Shown here in pieces: positions 12,690 to 26,356 of a stretch of 64,000 bases of DNA. How positions within the stretch are numbered: position 1 is the first letter of the stretch; each line of letters opens with the position of its first letter. This stretch comes from Eledone cirrhosa. Its lineage: Eukaryota. The notes below the pieces were generated by a model. It was not told where the DNA came from. It was given only the letters and a program-made list of their open reading frames with translations, and did no database searches. Both the position numbers and the translations under genes were made by a program. The DNA is taken from contig OZ024747.1 in NCBI GenBank assembly GCA_964016885.1, forward strand, positions 59,768,001-59,832,000, given 5' to 3'.

Positions 12690-15600
12690 ACACTCCCCCT
12701 ATCTCTGGTAACATCTGTAACTCCCCCTGCCTCTGTTAACATCACTTTGTAACATATGTAACTCCCCCTGCCTCAGTTAACATCACTTTGTAACATATGT
12801 AACTCCCCCTGCCTCAGTTAACATCACTTTGTAACATATGTAACTCCCCCTGACTCAGTTAACATCACTTTGTAACATATGTAACTCTCCCTGCCTCTGT
12901 TAACATCACTTTGTAACATATGTAACTCCCCCTGCCTCAGTTAACATCACTTTGTAACATATGTAACTCCCCCTGCCTAAGTTAACATCACTTTGTAACA
13001 TATGTAACTCTCCCTGCCTCTGTTAACATCACTTTGTAACATATGTAACTCCCCCTGCCTCAGTTAACATCACTTTGTAACATATGTAACTCCCCCTGCC
13101 TCAGTTAACATCACTTTGTAACATATGTAACTCTCCCTGCCTCTGTTAACATCACTTTGTAACATATGTAACTCCCCCTGCCTCAGTTAACATCACTTTG
13201 TAACATATGTAACTCCCCCTGCCTCAGTTAACATCACTTTGTAACATATGTAACTCCCCCTGCCTCCGTTAACACCACTTTGTAACATATGTAACTCTCC
13301 CTGCCTCAGTTAACACCACTTTGTAACATATGTAACTCTCCCTGCCTCTGTTAACATCACTTTGTAACATATGTAACTCTCCCTGCCTCAGTTAACATCA
13401 CTTTGTAACATATGTAACTCTCCTTGCCTCTGTTAACATCACTTTGTAACATATGTAACTCTCCCTGCCTCTGTTAACACCACTTTGTAACATATGTAAC
13501 TCTCCCTGCCTCAGTTAACATCACTTTGTAACATATGTAACTCCCCCTGCCTCAGTTAACATCACTTTGTAACATATGTAACTCTCCCTGCCTCTGTTAA
13601 CATCACTTTGTAACATATGTAACTCTCCCTGCCTCTGTTAACATCACTTTGTAACATATGTAACTCTCCCTGCCTCTGTTAACATCACTTTGTAACGTAT
13701 GTAACCCCCCCCCCCTGCCTCTGTTAACATCACTTTGTAACATATGTAACTCTCCCTGCCTCTGTTAACACCACTTTGTAACATATGTAACTCTCCCTGC
13801 CTATGTTAACATCACTTTGTAACATATGTAACTCCCCCTGCCTCTGTTAACATCACTTTGTAACATATGTAACTCCCCCTGCCTCTGTTAACATCAATTT
13901 GTAACATATGTAACTCTCCCTGCCTCTGTTAACATCACTTTGTAACATATGTAACTCTCCCTGCCTCAGTTAACATCACTTTGTAACATATGTAACTCCC
14001 CCTGCCTCTGTTAACATCACTTTGTAACATATGTAACTCTCCCTGCCTCTGTTAACATCACTTTGTAACATATGTAACTCTCCCTGCCTCAGTTAACATC
14101 ACTTTGTAACATATGTAACTCTCCCTGCCTCAGTTAACATCACTTTGTAACATATGTAACTCTCCCTGCCTCAGTTAACATCACTTTGTAACATATGTAA
14201 CTCTCCCTGCCTCAGTTAACATCACTTTGTAACATATGTAACTCTCCCTGCCTCAGTTAACATCACTTTGTAACATATGTAACTCTCCCTGCCTCAGTTA
14301 ACATCACTTTGTAACATATGTAACTCTCCCTGCCTCAGTTAACATCACTTTGTAACATATGTAACTCTCCCTGCCTCAGTTAACATCACTTTGTAACATA
14401 TGTAACTCTCCCTGCCTCTGTTAACATCACTTTGTAACATATGTAACTCTCCCTGCCTCTGTTAACATCACTTTGTAACATATGTAACTCTCCCTGCCTC
14501 AGTTAACATCACTTTGTAACATATGTAACTCTCCCTGCCTCAGTTAACATCACTTTGTAACATATGTAACTCCCCCTGCCTCAGTTAACATCACTTTGTA
14601 ACATATGTAACTCTCCCTGCCTCTGTTAACATAACTTTGTAACATATGTAACTCTCCCTGCCTCTGTTAACATCACTTTGTAACATATGTAACTCTCCCT
14701 GCCTCAGTTAACATCACTTTGTAACATATGTAACTCTCCCTGCCTCTGTTAACATCACTTTGTAACATATGTAACTCCCCCTGCCCCTGTTAACATCACT
14801 TTGTAACATATGTAACGCCCCCTGCCTCAGTTAACATCACTTTGTAACATATGTAACTCCCCCTGCCTCAGTTAACATCACTTTGTAACATATGTAACTC
14901 CCCCTGCCTCTGTTAACATCACTTTGTAACATATGTAACTCCCCCTGCCTCAGTTAACATCACTTTGTAACATATGTAACTCTCCTTGCCTCTGTTAACA
15001 TCACTTTGTAACATATGTAACTCTCCCTGCCTCAGTTAACATCACTTTGTAACATATGTAACTCCCCCTGCCTCAGTTAACATCACTTTGTAACATATGT
15101 AACTCTCCCTGCCTCTGTTAACATCACTTTGTAACATATGTAACTCCCCCTGCCTCAGTTAACATCACTTTGTAACATATGTAACTCTCCCTGCCTCTGT
15201 TAACATCACTTTGTAACATATGTAACTCCCCCTGCCTCAGTTAACATCACTTTGTAACATATGTAACTCCCCCTGCCTCAGTTAACATCACTTTGTAACA
15301 TATGTAACTCCCCCTGACTCAGTTAACATCACTTTGTAACATATGTAACTCTCCCTGCCTCTGTTAACATCACTTTGTAACATATGTAACTCCCCCTGCC
15401 TCAGTTAACATCACTTTGTAACATATGTAACTCCCCCTGCCTAAGTTAACATCACTTTGTAACATATGTAACTCTCCCTGCCTCTGTTAACATCACTTTG
15501 TAACATATGTAACTCCCCCCTGCCTCAGTTAACATCACTTTGTAACATATGTAACTCCCCCTGCCTCAGTTAACATCACTTTGTAACATATGTAACTCTC

Positions 15601-18600
15601 CCTGCCTCTGTTAACATCACTTTGTAACATATGTAACTCTCCCTGCCTCTGTTAACATCACTTTGTAACATATGTAACTCTCCCTGCCTCTGTTAACATC
15701 ACTTTGTAACATATGTAACTCTCCCTGCCTCAGTTAACACCACTTTGTAACATATGTAACTCTCCCTGCCTCTGTTAACATCACTTTGTAACATATGTAA
15801 CTCTCCCTGCCTCAGTTAACATCACTTTGTAACATATGTAACTCTCCTTGCCTCTGTTAACATCACTTTGTAACATATGTAACTCTCCCTGCCTCTGTTA
15901 ACACCACTTTGTAACATATGTAACTCTCCCTGCCTCAGTTAACATCACTTTGTAACATATGTAACTCCCCCTGCCTCAGTTAACATCACTTTGTAACATA
16001 TGTAACTCTCCCTGCCTCTGTTAACATCACTTTGTAACATATGTAACTCTCCCTGCCTCTGTTAACATCACTTTGTAACATATGTAACTCTCCCTGCCTC
16101 TGTTAACATCACTTTGTAACGTATGTAACCCCCCCCCTGCCTCTGTTAACATCACTTTGTAACATATGTAACTCTCCCTGCCTCTGTTAACACCACTTTG
16201 TAACATATGTAACTCTCCCTGCCTATGTTAACATCACTTTGTAACATATGTAACTCCCCCTGCCTCTGTTAACATCACTTTGTAACATATGTAACTCCCC
16301 CTGCCTCTGTTAACATCACTTTGTAACATATGTAACTCTCCCTGCCTCTGTTAACATCACTTTGTAACATATGTAACTCTCCCTGCCTCAGTTAACATCA
16401 CTTTGTAACATATGTAACTCCCCCTGCCTCTGTTAACATCACTTTGTAACATATGTAACTCTCCCTGCCTCTGTTAACATCACTTTGTAACATATGTAAC
16501 TCTCCCTGCCTCAGTTAACATCACTTTGTAACATATGTAACTCTCCCTGCCTCAGTTAACATCACTTTGTAACATATGTAACTCTCCCTGCCTCAGTTAA
16601 CATCACTTTGTAACATATGTAACTCTCCCTGCCTCAGTTAACATCACTTTGTAACATATGTAACTCTCCCTGCCTCAGTTAACATCACTTTGTAACATAT
16701 GTAACTCTCCCTGCCTCAGTTAACATCACTTTGTAACATATGTAACTCTCCCTGCCTCTGTTAACATCACTTTGTAACATATGTAACTCTCCCTGCCTCA
16801 GTTAACATCACTTTGTAACATATGTAACTCTCCCTGCCTCAGTTAACATCACTTTGTAACATATGTAACTCTCCCTGCCTCAGTTAACATCACTTTGTAA
16901 CATATGTAACTCTCCCTGCCTCAGTTAACATCACTTTGTAACATATGTAACTCTCCCTGCCTCAGTTAACATCACTTTGTAACATATGTAACTCTCCCTG
17001 CCTCTGTTAACATCACTTTGTAAAATATGTAACTCTCCCTGCCTCAGTTAACATCACTTTGTAACATATGTAACTCTCCCTGCCTATGTTAACATCACTT
17101 TGTAACATATGTAACTCCTCCTGCCTCAGTTAACATCACTTTGTAACATATGTAACTCCCCCTGCCCCAGTTAACATCACTTTGTAACATATGTAACTCT
17201 CCCTGCCTCTGTTAACATCACTTTGTAACATATGTAACTCTCCCTGCCTCTGTTAACATCACTTTGTAACATATGTAACTCTCCCTGCCTCAGTTAACAT
17301 CACTTTGTAACATATGTAACTCTCCCTGCCTCAGTTAACATCACTTTGTAACATATGTAACTCCCCCTGCCTCAGTTAACATCACTTTGTAACATATGTA
17401 ACTCTCCCTGCCTCTGTTAACATAACTTTGTAACATATGTAACTCTCCCTGCCTCTGTTAACATCACTTTGTAACATATGTAACTCTCCCTGCCTCAGTT
17501 AACATCACTTTGTAACATATGTAACTCTCCCTGCCTCTGTTAACATCACTTTGTAACATATGTAACTCCCCCTGCCTCTGTTAACATCACTTTGTAACAT
17601 ATGTAACGCCCCCTGCCTATGTTAACATCACTTTGTAACATATGTAACTCCCCCTGCCTCAGTTAACATCACTTTGTAACATATGTAACTCCCCCTGCCT
17701 CTGTTAACATCACTTTGTAACATATGTAACTCCCCCTGCCTCAGTTAACATCACTTTGTAACATATGTAACTCTCCTTGCCTCTGTTAACATCACTTTGT
17801 AACATATGTAACTCTCCCTGCCTCAGTTAACATCACTTTGTAACATATGTAACTCCCCCTGCCTCAGTTAACATCACTTTGTAACATATGTAACTCTCCC
17901 TGCCTCTGTTAACATCACTTTGTAACATATGTAACTCTCCTTGCCTCTGTTAACATCACTTTGTAACATATGTAACTCCCCCTGCCTCAGTTAACATCAC
18001 TTTGTAACATATGTAACTCCCCTGCCTCTGTTAACATCACTTTGTAACATATGTAACTCTCCCTGCCTCTGTTAACACCACTTTGTAACATATGTAACTC
18101 TCCTTGCCTCTGTTAACATCACTTTGTAACATATGTAACTCCCCCTGCCTCAGTTAACATCACTTTGTAACATATGTAACTCTCCCTGCCTCTGTTAACA
18201 TCACTTTGTAACATCTGTAACTCCCCCTGCCTCTGTTAACATCACTTTGTAACATATGTAACTCCCCCTACCTATGTTAACATCACTTTGTAGCATATGT
18301 AACTCTCCCTGCCTCTGTTAACACCACTTTGTACCATATGTAACTCCCCCTGCCTATGTTAACATCGCTTTGTAACATATGTAACTCCCCCTACCTATGT
18401 TAACATCACTTTGTAACATCTGTAACTCTCCCTGCCTCAGTTAACACCACTTTGTAACATATGTAACTCCCCCTGCCTCAGTTAACATCACTTTGTAACA
18501 TATGTAACTCTCCCTGCCTCAGTTAACATCACTTTGTAACATATGTAACTCTCCCTGCCTCAGTTAACATCACTTTGTAACATATGTAACTCTCCCTGCC

Positions 18601-18770
18601 TCTGTTAACATCACTTTGTAACATCTGTAACTCTCCCTGCCTCTGTTAACATCACTTTGTAACATATGTAACTCTCCCTGCCTCTGTTAACATCACTTTG
18701 TAACATATGTAACTCTCCCTGCCTCAGTTAACATCTGTTGTAACACCTGTTGTAACATATGTACACCTTC
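12690..18770. repeat. 41-bp tandem satellite, about 147 copies
   Basis: Unit GTTAACATCACTTTGTAACATATGTAACTCYCCCTGCCTCW; period 41 checked (12721 to 12762); degenerate units at both edges. Confidence 0.97.
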
Positions 18771-18994
18771 CCTGTCTCTATTAGTAATATCTGTAAACCC
18801 CCAATCTCTTCATACCTATTTAATAGAGCTAAGTGAACTCTCGGGCCTCAAATAATCTCCCCACTCCACTTACTAATTTTTCAGATTATTTGAGACCTGA
18901 GAGTAGATCAACAAAAGTAAATAATTTCTTACCACAGACCCCACTATAAATTAAGTGGCCCAGTGATTTGTCCATTATAAAAAAAAGGTCTAAA

Positions 18995-19258
18995 GTCTGT
19001 CTTAAGCCAGAAGGCTCATTTGGCCGGTGCTTATCTTGGTTTCATGGCGTGAAGCGACTGAGAGTACAAGACTCCCCCCTGGACAGGACGCCAGTCCATC
19101 ACTGGGTTAAACCTCCAGCTATTGCTGGTACTCATATACTGGAGCAGCGTGAAATGAAGTGTTTTGCTCAAGAACACAACACGCAACCCAGGAATCGAGC
19201 CCACAACATTATGATCGTAAGTCCAACATCCTTACCACTAGGCCATGTGCCTCCACAT
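18995..19258 (-). mobile_element. Full-length SINE family A copy
   Basis: Minus strand tRNA-like head (ggcacatggcctagtggtaagg...ggctcgattcctgg) followed by CORE-like gtgttcttgagcaaaacacttc. Confidence 0.8.
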
Positions 19259-21140
19259 CCATTATAAACATGTAGCCAATTAACACTAGTGTTAAAAAAA
19301 CATATTAAAAAAAAAAAAAACTAAAAAGAAATGCAACAGTATGTTGCTAAGATTCAGATTTGCAATAGTTTAAATAGAGAGGTCTCTTTATAATCTAGAC
19401 AACCACTCTAGTGCTGGTGCCATGATAGAGAGGTCTTCTTTAGCTTAGACAACCACTCAAGTATTGGTGCCATGATAGATTACACTGTTTATTCTGTAAA
19501 GTGGTTTGTGACAGAACAGAGACAATATAAGCTAAAGAGGACTTTTCAGGCTTGCCAAGTTCAAGATAACGTCTCTAGTGCTTGCGCTACAATAAAATGC
19601 ACCCAGTGTACTTTATAAAATAGTTGGCACCCAGCCACAAAAAAACATGCCAAAATATATAATATGCATGACTAAGACATGGCTCTCTGATCCATCTAGT
19701 TATGGACTGTGATGACATATCTAACCCATTCCAGCATCACAGATGGAATTAAAATGATGTTGAACATCGATGCCATTAGATGCTTCAGTATTTGAGGGCC
19801 TATGAATGCTATGGGCACTGCTCCTTCCATGAGACCTACAAAATAAAGAAAAAGAAAATAAAGAAGATTGAACCTTCAAACAGTTATCCAACAATATTGT
19901 CTTGTTACAGCTCCCTATTCAAGGAAGAAATAATATTTTTGAAATGATTTCAATTCTAACATTTGAGTTAATCTAGCCTCCATGTTTGCATGTACTTTAT
20001 CATCAAATTACATATGAATCTTTCAGTATTGCTTAAAACCAGAAGCTGAAACTATGCCAGGTTTCTTTTATATTCATTCATTTATCATTATTTTTATTTT
20101 TACAATGGAGAACTAATTTCTATTTCTGGGTATGGCTAAAAGCAACTTGTAAATTATTTTGATTGGCATGAACGAAATAAAAACAAAAGTAAAATGAAAT
20201 ATATGTTCTATATACTGCCTTACCCTTACATACACACATATACATACACACACACATACCCACCTTAATCAGAAGTGTTTAGGGGATTTTATTAATAAAA
20301 ACACAACCAGACATTGTAAATTATAGGTATCTTGGGACATTGTTGCTGACTGCATGATTAGCACTGGAATTCTTATCTGCTAATAACAAGTGACAAGCTT
20401 ACCGAAATAAAGAAATCAGCATGTTGTGATAACATCTATTGTCTTTCTATCAAGCTTTTTATAACTTTCAGTGAACATTTTTTTACGATATCTTCCTATA
20501 GATTTGTGCACAAGCAGAAATTATCTCATCAACATACAACATACACTTGATTCTAGTGAATATATACTCACAGTTCTGTTGTATCTTGTGTCGGTTCTTG
20601 TGAAGAGGAATATTTTTAGATGTCACTTTGAATTACTGTCTATTCTAAAAGTGGAAATGACTTTAAACCGTTATTGGTTCTAATGCTTTATTTATTTAGC
20701 TGTAGAATTACATGGAAATAGTTTATAAAGAGAGACTAATCGTGGGCTAACACTTCAAGTTATGTATGGTTATCTAGTCAAGTGCTTACCTGATTGTGAT
20801 TTCACTTTCAAGATAACCAGATAAATACTGACAGAATAAGGCCAATATATTTGACATGGATTATATAACAACTTATAATATGTATATACATATATAAATC
20901 TATAAATATATATAATATATATTATAAGACTAATTGTTATTGTATCTCTATGTTTGTATTTTTTGAACTTATATATATATAGAGAGAGAGAGGTATGTGC
21001 TAGCATATCAGTGTGATTAAAAGACTTGCTTTGCAACCACATGGCTTATCTCAACACATGGCACCTTCAGCAAGTAGCTTTTACTATAGGGTCAAATAGC
21101 TTTTGAGTGGATTAACTTAAATGAAATGTTGAGGAAGTCC

Positions 21141-21214
<74 letters not shown>

Positions 21215-21308
21215 CATCATCATTTTATGTCCACTTTTCCTTGCTTGCATATACATATATACAGTAGCAACATCAAAATACGCACCTGTAGTATATTACA
21301 ATATAAAA

Positions 21309-21391
21309 AATTACATAACTGTTGTCTGATGAAGTCGTATCTATTACATAATTGATACCATTAAAATGTGTATAACAACAATTATGTAATT
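21309..21391 (+). ncRNA. Hammerhead-like motif with 17-bp stem I; GAAA mutated to AAAA
   Basis: aattacataactgttgt-CTGATGA-...gtatc...gatac...-AAAA-tgtgta-TA-acaacaattatgtaatt; stem I 16 of 17 complementary. Confidence 0.6.
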
Positions 21392-21439
21392 AATAAAATG
21401 GTGTAAGTTTCCAACATACTACCTTCTCTTTCATTCAGT

Positions 21440-21620
21440 ATTGGTAAAGCATTGGACAAAATGCTTACAGCATAGTTCAAATCCTGCTGAGATTTTAGCT
21501 TTGCCTTTCATCCTTACGAGGTCGATGAAATAAAGTACCAGTAATGCACTGGATTTGATTTAATCGACTTTATCCTTCCCCCAAAATATTTGTGTTGTGC
21601 CTAAATCAGAAACCATTATT
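21440..21620 (+). mobile_element. SINE family B copy
   Basis: Core ttgcctttcatccttacgaggtcgatgaaataaagtaccag. Confidence 0.75.
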
Positions 21621-22107
21621 ATACAAAAACTCTGTTGTACATAAACCTACATGATTATATCACTGTTTGGAAAGCATACTGTGTAGAGTGCTAAAACCTG
21701 TGTAGACAAGTGTTAGATGATCAATACACATAATATAGAAAGAATTATGGGTTGATAAACACGAATAGAGTATATATATATATATATACACACACATAAC
21801 ACATGGAGGAAGCTGTTTATAAACACAGATAATGTAATCAAATTTTGATTGTTATTAATATTAGTTGGTGCCAAACTTTTGCTACTGTATACTTATCTTC
21901 AACTTTAAGTATTTCAGTTTAATATATGAATTACCTTGTATATATAAAAGCTAGGAGATTAGTCACTCCTCAATTTTATATATAATATTTACATTTTTCT
22001 TTTTCTACAACTTTCAATATTAAGATTAGATTTTTAGGTCGGTTTCTTAAATCTATTTGCCATTTCCTTATTGAGGTTATCATCCATCTACGAAAATTAC
22101 ACTGTGC

Positions 22108-22136
<29 letters not shown>

Positions 22137-22138
<2 letters not shown>

Positions 22139-22330
22139 GGAAAAAGTTTAACCCCGACGGCAGAGCTCAAGCCGTTTCAACTGATATTTCTGGACCTTAA
22201 ATAGTTGTCGAAATGGCTCGAGCTCTGCCGTCAGGGTTAAACTTTTTCCTATTACCCACTCTACTACCCTAAGTATTGAGTACTCTGGTACGTTATGGAC
22301 CATCTGGTTCTTTACCACACCTCCTTCATT
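22137..22330. mobile_element. Short (TA)n-embedded element with a 45-bp inverted repeat
   Basis: 22137-22181 is the reverse complement of 22207-22251 with 4 mismatches; the rest matches 10792-10868. Confidence 0.7.
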
Positions 22331-23034
22331 ATATATATATATATATATATATATACATGAATGCTACATGTGTGTATGCCATATGTGTATGCTAAATAAA
22401 TGTGTGTTACTATATATCTGTATGTGATGTGTGTGTATGGAGAACTGTTAGCTGGAGAACTACACTACTGTTAATTCACACTATCAAACCTATTGTAACT
22501 CTACCATATAAAGGCCTTAGCTAGTACATTATTTTCTCTCTGTAGTTGCATTTTGTTTTGCCATATACAGAGCATATTCCTTCTGCATCATTTTAAAGAA
22601 TATTTTAAAGCCTTTTCTTCATTCTTTGTGCACCTTGACCCTAAACTTTTTTGTGTAACTAGATATCTCTGTGGAAGACAATGTACTGGATATGCTTCTT
22701 CCAGTTATAAAATCTGTATTTTTGTAACATGTTCCTTATTATGAGGTTCGCAGTAAATTCTTTAATATATTTCACTATAGATTTTAAGAAAAAAAAGGAA
22801 AAGAAAAAATAACTGAACAATAGTACCTTCTAGCTATATTGCAATATAAATTAATGCATTCTATTGTAATTTTCTACTCTCATATTTTTGTCTGACCTCA
22901 TTCTGAATAGAAAGCCACCACACCCTAGAAAATTAAATTCTATATTGGTTTATTTGCGGCTGTATATTGAATTATTCCAAGCAAAATGGAAGCAATAACT
23001 CTGTTAGACATCATACAACCCTGCTGTATATATA

Positions 23035-23152
23035 ATTGTTTCTACTTTAGGCACAAGGCCAGCAATTACCCAGTACATTACTGGTACTTTATTTTATCGA
23101 CCCCGTAAGGATGAAAGGCAAAGTTAACCTCGGCGGGATTTGAACTCAGACT
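23035..23152 (-). mobile_element. SINE family B, 3' half
   Basis: Reverse complement of the family B core and tail. Confidence 0.8.
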
Positions 23153-23589
23153 GAATGATTTCTTTTTTTACATTGACCCAATACTATGAATTTATTTGGT
23201 ATAATTGATTAGTGAAGGCATGTGGCATAGTGGTTATGATGTTATATTCATGATCAGAAGGTCATGGGTTCGATTCCTTGACTAAAAGTGAAAATGTTCA
23301 CAACAATCTGTTTACTAGTAAAGTTATTATAAACATTTGAATTAACAAACTACATGAAACCACATTAGCAAGATATTCTTGTAAAGTATAAAACAGCATT
23401 ATAACTGCATCACATTAACAATTAAAGTTTTTAGTCTAAAAGTGAAAAATTTCTCAACAATCTGTTTAGTAATAAAAACACTACAAATATTTGAATTAAC
23501 AAACTTGTTTTTAAATATCTGCTAAATCAATACAGAATATTAAGGGCTGAATTGAGTTATATTCACTGTCATCATTATTATTATAATAA

Positions 23590-23780
23590 AGGCGGTGGGT
23601 TGGCAGTATCGGAAGAGGGTCAGACACCATGCTTTGCAACAAAGAGTTATGGCACTTTGTGTTCAGATTTCAAATCGCGCTGAGGTTAACTTTGCCTTTC
23701 ATCCTTACGGGGTCGATAAAATAAAGTACCAGTAATACACTGGGATAATTTCTGGCCTTGTGCCAAAAGTAGAAACAATT
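23590..23780 (+). mobile_element. SINE family B, full length
   Basis: ggcggtgggttggcagtatcgg head, core and tail. Confidence 0.85.
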
Positions 23781-24963
23781 ATTATTATAATAAAGAAATC
23801 ATTATTATTATTATTGTTATCCTCAATCTCTTGAAGTGTGAAGGCCTCTTCAAAGCTTTTTAAAGATTTTTAATTATATCAATAGGGTCTCCTTAATTTC
23901 TGATACAGAAGACATCATGAGTGGTCTTCCATAACTCAATCACAGCACAGCATAGCAGCCATTTCTGAAAGTGTGGCAGAAAGAGAGAAGTGGGAGTGAG
24001 AGAAAAGAATTAATAATGAATGCCAATACTTGATTTGTACTTTAACAACCCCGAAAGTGATGAAAGGAAAATTTGACTTTGAGAAATACCAACTGAGAGT
24101 GTATAGAGCCAGAACAAATGATGTTAAGTGTTCTATTTAACCCTTTCATTAACACATTTCTATTGAAAATCACTGCTTTTGATTTTGAAATAATTTGAGA
24201 ACAATCAAAATTTGAATTTGTAACGAACAATGAAAAGTTTAGTAATATAGCTAACTTCTTCTTCACCCACTTATTCCTGAGAGGGTCATGGAGGCATAGT
24301 CCTCAAAAACTCCTTCCTAGTGGGTCCTGTCAGAAGCAACCATCCCCAACTGATCTGGCTGGAGTAATGTTACTTGATATAGCTAACTTTCTTATTAAAA
24401 CATGCTGGTATTTGGCACATAACAAGTTTTTCTACACAAAATTATGATGAAAGGATTTTACTAAAATATGAACAATTTAAAATAAAGTTGATGCTATGAA
24501 ATGGAAGACCTAGCTTAAAAGAGAGTGAACTCTGCCAAAGGAACCCAATGGCAAGGTGGTGGTCTTAAACCAGGCAATAGATTGAATCTACCACTCAAGT
24601 AGGCCACAGTGGGATTTACACTGAGGATGCAAAGAGCCAGAACAAATACCACAACGCATCTTGTTTGATTCTCTTACAATTCCATCAGTTTATTATCATA
24701 GATCGGAGCTTTATACACCAACCAAGGGAAGGATGAAATGCAATGTCGACTTCTACAGGATTTCAATCTAGAGCGTAAGAAACTGGAATAAATACTTGAA
24801 CATATTTCATCCAACTCTCTCACAACTCATAAACGCGGTATTAGGAGAGAAAGAGGTTCAGGCAGTTTAAAATCAGAAATGTTACAACCTTGCCAACACA
24901 CATCTCTGATTGTTACAGACCTGATATATAATATAGTTAGAAACAATACTATCAATGCCACTC

Positions 24964-25401
24964 ATGTATATATGTGTGTGTGTGTATATATGTGTATATA
25001 TATATATGTGTATGTGTGTATATATATATGTATATATATATATGTATGTGTATATATATATATGTGTATATATATATATGTATATATGTGTGTATATATA
25101 TGTGTGTATATATATGTGTATATATGTATGTGTGTGTATATATGTGTATATATATATATGTATGTGTGTGTATATATGTATATATATATATGTATGTGTG
25201 TGTATATATGTGTATATATATATATGTATGTGTGTGTATATATGTGTATATATATATATGTATGTGTGTGTATATATGTGTATATATATATATGTATGTG
25301 TGTGTATATATGTGTATATATATATATGTATGTGTGTGTATATATGTGTATATATATGTATGTGTGTGTATATATGTGTATATATATATGTATGTGTGTG
25401 G

Positions 25402-25454
<53 letters not shown>

Positions 25455-25459
25455 GCTGA

Positions 25460-25505
<46 letters not shown>

Positions 25506-25650
25506 CTGTGTGTATATATATATATATGTGTGTATATATGTGTATATATATATGTGTGTGTGTGTGTCTGTGTGTATATATATATATGTGTGTATATATG
25601 TGTATATATGTGTATATATGTATGTGTATATATGTGTATATATATATGTA

Positions 25651-25681
<31 letters not shown>

Positions 25682-25812
25682 GTGTGTGTCTGTGTGTATA
25701 TGTGTATATATATATATGTGTGTGTGTGTATATATGTGTATATATATATATATGTATGTGTGTGTATATATGTATATATATATATGTGTGTGTATATATG
25801 TGAATATATATA
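24964..25812. repeat. Compound (TA/TG)n microsatellite
   Basis: Direct inspection. Confidence 0.95.
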
Positions 25813-26169
25813 GTTTTCTTTGTACATATCAGCTCACATATTTGACCAAATGTCAAAAAAGCGTCAGGGCTCTGTTACTTTGATTGTACCTTGATCTGAT
25901 CGTTATCAAAACAATTGTAATATGCAAATAACGTTTGTACATATACTGCAACACTGACCCTGATTCTCTAAATTTATTTACACTGCACACTACAGCCGTA
26001 ACTCTGGAATACAACCCAAACGAAATGGACCTCATATTAGCATTGAGTACTTCAGTGTACCATCTGTAATGGTTGTTACATGCCTAACTAACATATGTAT
26101 ATATATATATATATATATATGGATAAATGTATATATGTATGTATATATATATATATATATATAGTAATA

Positions 26170-26356
26170 ATAATTGTTTCTTCTTTTGGCACAAGGCCAG
26201 CAATAACCCAGTGCATTACTGGTACTTTATTTTATCGACCACGTAAGGATGAAAGGCAAAATTAACCTTGGCGTGATTTGAACTCAGAATGGCAAGGGCC
26301 GTAACTCTATGCGTCCAAGCCTGGCGTCCGACCCTCTATCGATACTGCCAGTCCAC
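26170..26356 (-). mobile_element. SINE family B copy
   Basis: Reverse complement of family B; flanked by (AAT)n. Confidence 0.85.

Noticed and set aside
12690-18770. CRISPR-like array
   Set aside because: Head-to-tail units with no unique spacers, no cas genes, eukaryotic context; the same applies to the 48-bp arrays
23281-23505. Diverged ~155-bp-period direct repeat
   Set aside because: Old AT-rich local duplication with no further structure
24879-25883. Long Y/I/C/V/H/T-rich ORFs (also at 28.4-29.0, 37.0-38.5, 47.9-48.4 and 49.0-49.8 kb)
   Set aside because: Dinucleotide microsatellite translations
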